From Squalus acanthias (taxonomy: Eukaryota): 64,000 nt of DNA. The stretch is from contig CM059439.1 of assembly GCA_030390025.1 (NCBI GenBank), positions 59,954,001 through 60,018,000 of the forward strand, in the 5' to 3' direction. Shown in pieces: positions 13,401-25,400 of this stretch (its first letter is position 1; each line of letters opens with the position of its first letter). The position numbers and the translations under genes are program-made. The notes under the pieces were generated by a model, which saw only the letters and a program-made list of their open reading frames with translations, was not told the origin of the DNA and searched no databases.

Positions 13401-16400
13401 GAAGGGCCGAATTTTTGGCCCAGTATCTATCCAAAATTCTTGTGACTGTAACATGGTATGATTGTAATATTCTGCTACTTCTTCTACTCCTCTCCCACAG
13501 TGCTGGCCAGAGTTCTGACGAAAGGTCATCGACCTGAAATGTTGGCCCAGATTTTGCAGTCAGTCCGACGGCGTACTTTGAGCAACGCCATCATACCACT
13601 TTTGAAATGGACAGCAAGTTCAGGATTTCCGCATGCGCTTGCCCATGCGCTAAATCCCGAACTTGCGATCTGTCAAGTTCCAACTTGACAGATGATCTGC
13701 ACGGACATGGAAATCCTAGTTGCTGGCGCAGAGTTGGGCTAATTGCCCACCAACTGCCCAGCAATTACACCTGATAATGTTACGGCTGGTGCGAGCAGCT
13801 GCAGCAGCCTGTTTGCACAGCGTTAGGGGATAACCTTTTGGGAATCCAAGTATATGTTTAATTTTAAAAGCTTAAACTACAAGCCAGTCTTTCAAACTTA
13901 CCATAAGCCTCCATCAGAGTAGAAAACTCTTCCAAATATTTTCTATAATATACAAAATAGCATTCCTCTGTAGCCTGGTATATATCCTCTATTTTTATTT
14001 TTGGATGTGAATAGAAAGTTGTTGCATTTTACTTAAATGTTGCAAGCATTTACATACAAGTAATTTCCCACAATTAAAATTTGGTTGGCTCCCGAGTGAG
14101 AAACTGGATAAATGAGAGACCTTCTGTTTCCCGATTGGCGCACCGGCCCACATGGTTCCAGGTACGCTTCCGTACGGTGCACCCCTGGGATCTGTGGGCC
14201 ACTACGCTGCCCTCTACTATGCAGCAAGTTCTTGAAGGAGGGTCCCCATCAGGTAAGTTCGCATTCCATTCAGATGCCTATGGCGTAATCCTTAATTACG
14301 TTGCCGACCACAAAATCCAGGCCATTAACTCTTTCTCTCTCCACAGATGCTGCCTGACCTGCTGAGTATTTCCTGCATTTTCTGGTTTTTTTTTTCAGAT
14401 TTCCAGCATTCGCAGTATTTTGCTTTTGTATGATTGTAATATCGTTGTGACACAGGCTTAGACTGCAAGTCCTGTAAGTGGTGTTCTGCTAACACTTTGC
14501 ATCTTCTGCTTTGAAAAGCCTTACCTCTGCACCTGTGATCTCCAACATTTGCCCATTGGCTAGAGTTCGAATGTTGCTGGACTCAGTGACTGGCCGCCCG
14601 TTCTTAAACCAGGTGATGACAGGTGGTGGCACTGCATTTGATTCACACTCCAGTATGGCTGTATTCCCAGTGCGGACACTGATTGTGCGAGGGGAATCCC
14701 CTGCACGGTCCTTAATAGTTGGTGGAACTGTATGAAAAGCAAAGCATTGAAGACTGTAAATGTGACATTAACCACATTGCACCCCAACTCAAAATGGAAA
14801 AGAAAGTACAATGTAAGGACTTCCAGATTGGCTTTCAATCATAGCACTGGTTAAAGCAGATTTACAAAATGACCTTTCACATATGTTGGAAGTAAGCCAT
14901 TTTAGCAGACTTCCAAGAGTGACGTGGAAATAGCAACATACTGCATTTTTCTATTAAGAACCATAGTGGAGGACACCACATATTTTGAAAACAGTAGGAG
15001 AGAAGAAAAGATAAACCGAGAAGTAGTGGTTAAATGATGCCAAACTTTGATTTTAAAAGCCTGTAGGCTGGAAGGAAATACAACAACAACTTCCATTTAT
15101 ATTGGAACTATTAACATAAAAAAAAGTCCCAAGGCACCTCACAGAGGAATATGGAAAGACAGGCACTGAGCCAAAGAAGGGAAGATTAGGAGAGTGGGGT
15201 TTAAGGAGGTTCTTAAAGGAGGAGAGGCAGATAGAAAGGCTGAAAGGTTTAAGGAGACAATTCCAAAATGTGGGGTCTAGGTGGCTGAAAACAGCCATGA
15301 ATGGTGGGGCAATGCACAAGAGGCTAGATTCAGAGGAATATAGAGTTTGGATGGTGGTGGTTGTAGCATTGGTTTGGATTGCAAAAATAGGGAGAAATGA
15401 GGCCACAGCAGACTTTAAGGATGATAATTTTAAATTTGAGGCACTAGGGGACTGGAAGCCAATGTAGGTTAACAAGGATGAGCGATGAGTGAGGTGAACC
15501 TGTTTTTGGATAGGATACAGATGAGCTGAAGGTTACAGAGGGTGGAGGATGGCCAGGAGAGCACTGAATATATCAAGTCTGAAGATTATAAAGGCTGCGT
15601 ATTCTCTCTGACCCTGTATTCTCTCCATCACGAAGACCACCTACTTCCACCTTCGTAACATCGCCTGTCTCTGTCCTAAATCTCAGGCAGATGGGCAGAG
15701 GAGAGGAGATGGAAGAAGTAGAGTGCAACAGAAATTCAAGACTAGGAATGGAGGGGAATTGGGGGAGGTTTGGCTTGGTGAGCAAAGGAAGGGGAAAAGC
15801 AGCAGAGGCAGCTGAATTGAATGGTCTTCATCTTGGTGATAAAAAAATCCATGAGCTCCTTACACTTGTTGTTAGAGGTGAAGGTGGATAGGGAAGAGGG
15901 GAGTGGTTTAAGAGGTGGTTAGTAGTACAGAAAAGGAGTCTGGGGTTGTCTTTGCTCTCAAGGATGATCCTAGAGTAGTGGGCCATTTTGGTCGAGGAGA
16001 GTGAGGCCTGGAAGAACTTAATATGGTAAAGCCAGATTTGGCAACGGATGGCTCAGCTAGATTGTGTAGCAGTTGCATTGATGTTTGCACTTTTTGGACT
16101 TGGAGGGAGGATGACACAAGTGGAATAACTGGTATGGGAGATTGGGAAGGTTTGCGGGGGACAAGGACATCGAAGATGGAGGTGGGGGACTGGTTGAGCA
16201 ATTCGACAGCTGAAGAGAGATTATGGCAAATTGAAAACCAAAAGCTGGGCAGTTGGAGTTAAGAGTGTGCAGTTGTATGTTACTTGCAGCAGGCGCAGAA
16301 GGAAGTGGGGTTGCAAGAGGCTCTTCTGGGCAAGCGGATAGGTGAGGGATACAAGAAAGTGGTTGGAATTTGTCTTGTCAGAGATCAAGATGGTGGGAGT

Positions 16401-19400
16401 AGATAAAGGAAGGCAAGGAAATTTAGTCTTGATGTAATGGGAAAGAATGAGTTAGTAGAGAATTTTGATTTATTGATTGACTAAAATATACAATAATGAA
16501 GCAAGAGTTTCAAAAAAGTGCATCTGCATCAAAACGACTGCCCTCCATGTGCCCACTTGCTGCTACAGTTTGGGTGGGGTGGGGGGCGGGCCAGACATGG
16601 AAATGGTTGACTGTAATACTAAGAACTTTAAAATAAATGTTTCCTTCCCAGGGCAGAATGGTTTTAACTGTTCTGAGAAATAATTTACATTTTGACTAAT
16701 TGCATGGCTTTGCAAAGGGCCAAATACTAAGGTTGTTGCTGCATTCTCATTAAATGTGACAATTTTACATCTTGAAAATAACTCACAGGTACAATTATAT
16801 CAAAACACTGACAGGTGCTAATACTATAGGTATATTTCTCCACTAGGGTGGTTTACAACAGGTCGCATGGGTGGGAAAAAGTGCTATTTAAAGCACAAAG
16901 CAATCTGCAGGAATATTAATACAGTTCTTTCCTTTACTCAATTGGGAGGATTCTGTTAGTTATTAACAGATGGATTGCTCATGGTACTACTTTCTAAAGT
17001 AAACCATATTTCATGTTCATAGTGGAGGCACAAACATGAAAATTAAAAATCATAGGCTATACATGCACGACGTCCCGAAATGTGGTTTTTGTGAGTATCA
17101 TTTCCAACTGAGGGTACAGATCATAGAATCACCCCCAGTATATTTATAGCTTTTCTCATTTAGAATATGTATTTCCAGCTAACTCATGTCAACAATCTGT
17201 ATGTGTTTATTTAAATTGGGACTGGCCTCCTGACGAGAGTTGGACTTGAGCCAGTCGCATGCAGATTGTCAACAGTTTGTAAAAAGAGCAGCTCTAACTT
17301 CACTTCATTACCCTGGCTCCCACAGTCAGGTGGTCTACATTGTATTAGAGGGTGATATTAAAACCATAAGTTGCTTTTTCTGCTATCCAAACCTGGCTTG
17401 TTGGATATTTGTCATTACACTGCTTGTGTGGGCCCTAAAGTGTGGAAATCAAAATCTAATTTAAAAACTGTTGATATCCCAATGGCTCAGTGACCTTACT
17501 TAATGGTTTAAAAATTCTTCCTTTTTTTCCTATCTATCTATTGGGCAGAAAAATATAAATCTTAACTCACCCAAGTTTCCACTCCTTGGCTGCAATTTTG
17601 CTGGCGCTCAGCGGACCCGATTGGTGGCGGGTCAGCTATGAAATTTAAAATGATTGACAGCGAGTCAGGAACCCGCTGTCAAAACACACCCACCTGCATT
17701 TCCCGATGTCTGGTCTGCCAGCACTGAGCAGACCCGACAGGCAGCGGCGGGGGACCCAATTCAAATCATTCGTGGCTTGTTTACAGCCACTTAACAATGC
17801 TTTTTTTCGAAGCTTTTTAACTTTCACAGGTCTCCCAGAGGTTTCCCACTGTGCCTAGACCTCGTCAGTGAAGCTGAGGCGGGAGGTCAGTGGCCATTGA
17901 ATCAGCTGATGAGTTGACAGCTTTAAATGTCAACTCTAAGCTCCCAGCTGATTCAGATATCTTCCCGTAAGCACCAGCATCTCTAAACTGCATTTCCACA
18001 ACAGATTCAAGATGCTGCAAGTCTTTACACAAGTCTTCATGCAGTCTGACCTCATTACCTCTCCCACCATTGACAGATCGCTTCTGTCATCTCTACTTCA
18101 CCTGCCATCTATTCCATCAGTATGGGTGCACTTTCTACTCTCTCACCTTGTTCCTCAGAATCTGACCACGATCAGCCCCAACACCAGCATCACCAGGCAC
18201 ACCAGCAGCACCAACAACCACACCAACCGGTCACAGGGCATCAGCACCCGACCACATTGCTGCCCGGGACGCCAGGGATGGCCTCACCATGGCCAGATTT
18301 ACTTCAGGTTGGCACCACCCCACACCAACACCATAAAGCATCCCTACAATGCTGTGTTTCTTACACAGCCTGTTAATCTGCAAGACACAGAGTTTCTGAT
18401 GCTGTGTTAGAATCATTAGAATTTTACAGCATAGGAGGAGGCCATTCGATCTATCATGCCTGTGTCTGCTCTCTGAAAGAGCTACCCCTCTTAGTTCACC
18501 ACTGTTTCTAGTACAGATTTTTATGTCCCACCAATTCTCTGTGTAAATAAAACTCTCCTATCCTTTTTCTTTTGGTGATGATCTTAAATATATACCCTCT
18601 AGTTACCACCTTACTGACCAGTGGAAATAGATTGTTCCAATTTACTTAATCAAAGCATCTCAAAACATCTCTATCAGATCTCTTCTTAGTCTTTGTTCTA
18701 ATAAAAAGAACCCCTTTATCTCTAGTCTTTAGTCAACTAAAGCCTCTCATTTCTGGTATTATCTTAGTGTATTTCATCTGCAACATGTCCATCGTCTTGT
18801 CACCTGTCCTAAAGTATAATCCCCAAAACTGGACACATTATCCTGGTTGCAGCCGAACCAATGATACGTATAGGTATAGCATTACCTTATTTGTTAGCGT
18901 GTGAGGCAATAATTCTGCCTGTTCCATGAAGTCCAAGGGTCAATTACAGAAACTGAAACTGATTGAAAGCATCTGAAATTGAACAGTGAACTGAGGCTGA
19001 CTAGAAATGCAGTCCCCTTCTGACAATAAAGCCTTTTATGTTACAGTTGTTAAACTCAAGACATTAACGACTGACTTTCCTCTTCACAGTGGTGCTCTGT
19101 CGGAGTGAGACTTCCATCAGCCCCTCCACTACTGCTGCAACCCCAACCAATTTCCTAGATTGTTGTTCATGACTATTACATGGTGGGAACATTGCAACAG
19201 GAGTAGACCGTTCAGCCCCCTGACCCTGTCAATTATGTCATTGCTGGTCTGTACCTCAATTCCATTTACCTGCCTTGATACCTTACCCAACAAAAATCTA
19301 TTGATCTCGGTCTTGAAAATTTCAATTAACCCAGCATCCACAGTCTTTTGGGCAAGAGAGTTCCAGATTTCCAGTGCTTCCTGATTTCACTCCAAAATGG

Positions 19401-22400
19401 TCTAGCTGTAATATTAAGATTATGCCCCCTTGTTCTGGATTCCCCCAACAGAGGAAATAGTTTCAGAACGATTCCTATTCAAAAGATTAGAATGCAGTTT
19501 TGCATTTGGTGCTTATCTTTTAACATTATATTTCAGAGCTCCAGAAGTAGTTTATAGTCAGTGTACACCACTTTAAGAATAATCACACAATACATAGTCA
19601 TTTTGTTCTCAAGTTCCCAGGTATAACTTGGGTGGGCAGACCAAAAATTGGGTGGGGGCCTGTCGTACCAGGTCTGTACCCATTTTGGCTCTTATAATGA
19701 TTGTCTGGCACTATGTCTGCTGGATGCCAGAAGCACCTGCCTAAAAATACAGGCAAAAAAAGACAATCAAAGCCCATCTATGCTCATCCCATCCATTTGA
19801 CATACAACCTTCCCCAGGCAAGCATAATGTCTTGGGGTGGTGAAAAGAAACCCTGGCCAATTTCAGGAAAAATCTCTGGGAAGTTTCTCTCCGATTCTCT
19901 AAGATAATCAAGCAAGCTCCAGAAGGCCATTACCCACAACAAATCAAACTAACTTCCCATTCCCTCAAAACCATATGTCCCAGTTTCCTTAAGAACATAG
20001 GACTATACAGAACCAGGAACAACTATCCCGATCCAAGAGGTTGGTCCGAAGGGTCACAGACTTCTTATCCTGATTTACCTCTCATACCCCTCAATAGCTC
20101 TGTACAGCAAAAATGTATCCATCACCCTCTTAAAATTTATAACATATTCCACTTCCTCCCTGGGTAGGCTGTTCCACATAATTACTACCTTCTTTGTCTT
20201 TTCCTGTCTAAATTTAAATCCGCATATCCCTGTCGTACAGATTGTATAAATATTGATCATTCTTGGATCCAGTTTACCTATTCCCTTGAAGATCTTAAAT
20301 ATCTCAATAAGGTCACTTCTAAGTGGAAACACCACCTTTTTCTGATGAAATTATTCCTACCAGAGTAGTTTTCCTTTCCTCATAGCTCAGCCCAATCCCA
20401 CGTATGAACTTTAATTTCCCTTTTTGTGCTCCCTCCAAGGCATCTCCACTGCACACAATACTCAAGGTATACTGGTAACAATATGTTAGGTAAGCCCAGT
20501 GACAGCACTGCCACAGGCATCTGTGCTATGTGAGATTCCTTTCGTTTATACAGAAACTTTCAAAATTAATTTTCTGCAAGTTTCCAATTGAATTGGATCA
20601 GAAAATTACAATACCAAATAAATTCTTGTAAAAAAAATTTAACTATTCTTAGATCTGCCCTGAAAGAGTTTCACTGAAGCAATAATTCCAAACACAAAGC
20701 TTAACTCTCCCTTACCACGATGATATGTACCTTGCTTATTCCATTTTGCCCTCAACTGTTATAAGCTGTATTCTTTATTTGCTGTGCCGTTATCACATGT
20801 TTCTCATGAAAAGTCTATAAATTATTGCTGCGTTATCTTTCATCTCTTTGGTCCCTACACACCTAATTCTGACTGTAATGATATATACGAACCATAAACT
20901 GTGAGGTAAATCTGCTTTTCAGCTTCTCCTGCTTGATTCATGGCTAAGCATGCGTATTTTCCTCCATCTGACAGCTTAGCCCGAGGCAGCTGGACAGTCC
21001 GGCCTCCTGGGAGACAAAAAGGTTTCAGAATCAGAAACAGATTCCACTATTCATCAAACTGAAGGACACTGCTGGACAAATTCTGTAGCTACTATACATA
21101 ATAGGAGAGAAACACTTTTTACACAAAGCCAGCATCTATAAATTCTGAAAAGTAAAAGTGCAGAACAGTGTTACCTGTGCACTAAAGTATGTTTGTTTGG
21201 ACATTGATACCGACTTCTGCTTAGTATCTTTACATTTTTAAGAGCTATTGTTGTCAGCTAATACCCCGGGCCCACATTTGCTTAGTTGCTGCACCCAATC
21301 TCTTTACTCTTTTTGAGTAATTCGTTTTGCATCTTGCCTAGTTAGTTTACCATATGCGAGATTCTTGAGCTCCTCAGATCATGGAAATGTTATGCCAAGA
21401 AGGCAGCTGGGATGTATAATTTAGGATATAAAATTAGACCATTTTTCCCTGGTTTTGTTTTATTTATCTTTGAGGAGCAGTGAGAAACTTGCAGAACTTT
21501 TCCCAGAGGAGATTTAATGGGATGAATGAAGTTCACGATAAAGTGAAGTGCACAAGGTATGTGGGGGGGGGGGAATGGGCTGGATGAGCAGAATGGCCTT
21601 TTTTCGTTCCTTGTTTTCCTAAGTTCTGACTATCAATAAAAATGATTTGATCTCACTTGTTGATCTTAAATTTTATTTTGGTTTAGAGACAAGTGCAAAT
21701 GTGGGCTGGGTTGTCCTTATTTTTGTAATATACCCTCTTTCTAAGGCTTATCCCCTGCCCCTGCATTTGAGCAATTCTCAGAATTAAAAAAAAATGCCGA
21801 CCCACATTTTCACTCATTTCTAAATTAAAATATTTGAGATCAGAAAGTTATTAAAATAAAATCCAAATAAAAAAGCAGTTACTCACACCCTATAATGTAA
21901 ACCCGTTTAAAGCACAAGAAGATAGATCTATCTCTTAAAATCTGACATTACTTCACAAATGTTCAGCTGTGTCTGAGTATTGCTGTGAAGTGAAGGATGG
22001 AAAAACCAGCAGGTAAAATCAATTTTAACATAGTGGTGCTGCCTTTGAAGGCTGATTTTTGTCCTCTGCATTTCCACTCCTTCCTCTCTGTTCCCCACCC
22101 CAATGCAATACATAAGTGAGATGGTCTGTAACTAATTACTGTCACTCTTACACTGCCTAACAAGGGATCTCTAATACAACAGCAGGTTACTCTGTCCATA
22201 AACAGAAACATGTCTTGGGCAAAGAAATCCCAACTCCAGATATCTGTCATTTCCAGCAGACAACACAAGCTGCAATGTGCAACACCACCAGGATTTTGTG
22301 GCCGGGCAATGATGGTTGCAATCCCACCGGGAACCAGCCATGCATGGGTGATGGAAACTGGGTCAGAGTTCTAGCGGTGTCAGAGGGGCGTGTGAAAGTT

Positions 22401-25400
22401 CTGAGCCGTGCCCTGGAACCCTGCTACTGGGAGGACAATCCCGGCCGTGAATTCATCAGACACATACCCAACACCACAGCAGCATTAGATTTGTAGTTAC
22501 CATTGGTTACCAGAAAATGCAAATGATTGGTCACATTTGAAGAACAGGAATGGTGCATTTGGCTTTGAACCTCTCTGTGGACTCCAAACTTGCTGCTATT
22601 GCTTTCAGTGCAGTCATTAATTACATGGAATTCTGTTTACAGCTGGTTTATTATTCAGTTACTAAATACAGAAAAACAGCTGTAAAAATTTATAGGAATG
22701 AGACAAAGCTACCAGGATCTCTGGAACTGAGCTGCCACAGTAACAAGGACATTTTAAGATCGAGGACACATGACCGTCTGCATTCGTCAACGATAGCTGA
22801 GTTTTTAGCAGTAATCTGCTCCCTACCAAAATGTCAGCCAATGTAATGCAGTTTCTGTGAAGCAACACAATTTGCCTATAGCCTCCATAGCAATTTCCCC
22901 TTTTGTTTGTAGTTTTGTTTTGTTTTGTTTCCTTTTTTTTGGCCATTATTTTTTGCCATCTCCCTCCGGTTATTTACCATTGTACATTCTTCATTGTGGA
23001 GCACAATATAGTTTTGGCTGTGGTTTCCTGTAAGTGCCCAGAATTTTGCTCCTCAACAGAAAGGAGCAAACAGCAGCTTACTTTCTCTCAGTATCTATGG
23101 CCACTGTTGCTGGGAGGCCTATCCACGGTGAAGTTTGCAATCAATTAGATGGGGCAGCAAAGTGTAACGCCAACCCTCCTCACAATGTGGTTCAATGTAT
23201 AAGATGGATGTCTCCACAACATAGTACAGAACACCTTAGGCAATCGACAGTGTTTATGAGTAAACTCGGGCAGAGTTAGGAACAGAGGGAAAAAAACAGC
23301 AGGGATTGGGGTGGAAATGACCCCACAAGTATTATGACTCCCATCCAAAATGTTAGATATGAGCAATGATGTACAGTGGAATATCATTGGGCCAGCCCCT
23401 GCTCCTTCCATTATATGTAGACTCGATCCCAGGTTTATTAGCCGTCCAAATATGTGAACTCCCAACTTCTGTTCAGAAAACACTGGCTCGATCCCTGAAA
23501 GTAAGTGTTTGGACTTTATCATTTTCAAGTAGGGCTGAGTTTCCCTCGAATAATATTAGATTATATATAAACACCAAAGATTGTGTGTACTGTACAGTTG
23601 TGAAGTGAGCCTAATTTGCACAGTGTGTTGAGTTGAGTGGTAGACGTTACAATGAGTGGTGAGTGCGTTGCGCTGATACACAGCTACCATCAAGACCAAT
23701 CAAGTTGTCTGTCAAGGGAAGATTCGAAAGCAAACTGCACAAAATGAACCAGTTTCTTACCAGGCAAGATAAGAATGTTGGTGTTGGATTGTAGAGGTTT
23801 CCCGTCCTTAAGCCAACTGAGGCTGGGTGGTGGAAAAGCCGTGGCCTCACACGTCAAAGAGATGAAGTTGCTTATCACAACAGTCATGTTCTCTGGGTTG
23901 ATGCCCATGATACTGGGAGGCACTGTGAAACACAAAATGAATTTTAATTTTATTTTTAAAACACTTTTTTAAAAAAAAAGGGGGTTCTCTATGACAGCAA
24001 TAAACAATATACCTCAGATCAGAATGCAACAGTTAGGGGCTAATTTAGTCTTTTCTTATTTTGTTGGTTATATGATTTTCATGGCATTAGTAGTAATGTA
24101 GAATATCTTAAGAGTAGATTTCTTGGGGCTGCTGATTTTCCCAACGTGACACATGAAATTGTTGTCTAGTAATAACAAAGTCACTCACCATGGACATTTA
24201 AGTTGAAGTATTTTTCTGTGTTTCCAGCTACATTTTCTGCAACACAAACATATCTGCCTGTATCTGACACTTGAGCATTGAGGACCTGTTAGTGACAGTA
24301 AGAATGGAATCTTAATAACTTTTACAATGACACAGAAATGCCCAGTCATAAAATGTAAACGTTGTTTTGCTTTACAAGTTTCTTTATATTGTAGGCAGTA
24401 ACATTAACATTCAGCAATGTGTATATAAAATTACAATTTAACATTTGATATTCTGTCCAACATTTTTTCCCTTCAATTTTCTCCCCTCCCGTTGGGAAGG
24501 TGCTGACTCATGCTGGGGTATGTTTCCAAGGCACTGTGTACCTAGACGGTGAATGCTAGCAGGCTAATTGATTGCGAAGGTCACTTTGGCCAAGTATGAT
24601 CCTGTCATGACCTGGTGTCCACATACACACTCTATCCAACAGGAGTTACAGGCTGTAAACCTGGCTTTGTTTTTTCCTCCCTAGCCCAGGGGCGCGCAGG
24701 CCAATTATGGAACCCTACTGCTGCTCCAGTGGCAAAGAACTAAGCCAGCAGACTTGGCCTATCCCGGTCTGTAGGACTCAGTTCCACACTGGAGAGTGCA
24801 CTCACCCATTGAGCCTTTGGGAGAGGAGTCTGTCCAGTTTTATCTGAACTTTTAATTGTTCTCTTTATTTGTAAAAGCACTTATGTACAGTTGCTGTACT
24901 CCTTCACAAATAGACCTTGTAATCCATTTTACTGACTCATTATCAATAGTCTCTGTGTTTACTGCTCTGTTCCAGTTGACTTTCAGTAAGAGAATAGGTG
25001 AAATGATGAAATAAAATTAAATATCCTTTCATGAAAACAAATGAAACATCTTTCAAACTGAGAAAAGTAATTTCAGGATCATCCATAGATTTAAATGTTT
25101 AATGTTTTTTAAATGTTGTACTGTTTTCAGTTGGTGAGCCAAGCCAACTGCCAATTGCTAGCAACAGGCCAAGCTATTGTACTGGACATTTCTTTGAAAG
25201 TACACTGTGTGCTTTCTGCAACCTCTTCAACAGCCTGTTTTTATGAAGTATTTAAAACATAGTGAAATATTTAGCTAGAAGTAGTGTTGGATGAGTTCTT
25301 GATTATGAATGAACCAACTTAACAATGCCCCATTAAACATAAGTGAGAAGTCGCACAACACCAGGTTATAGTCCAACAGTTTTATTTGAAATCACAAGCT

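Larger units (their letters stand above)
12420..13421. mobile_element. PIF/Harbinger-like MITE containing a nested Penelope hairpin
   Basis: TIRs GGCCCTGAAATTCG...CGAATTTTTGGCCC; TSD AGT/AGT; GC-rich arms and AT-rich core. Confidence 0.75.

Noticed and set aside
18122-18376. Q/H-rich ORF as a host gene or nested exon
   Set aside because: Homologous to about 53600-53805 inside a TIR element; explained as a Harbinger transposase remnant
23055-23280. Possible cryptic minus-strand exon ending at a strong donor (AA|gtaagc near 23060)
   Set aside because: No Ig motif, upstream in-frame stops, no clear acceptor, and HMCN1 is complete without it
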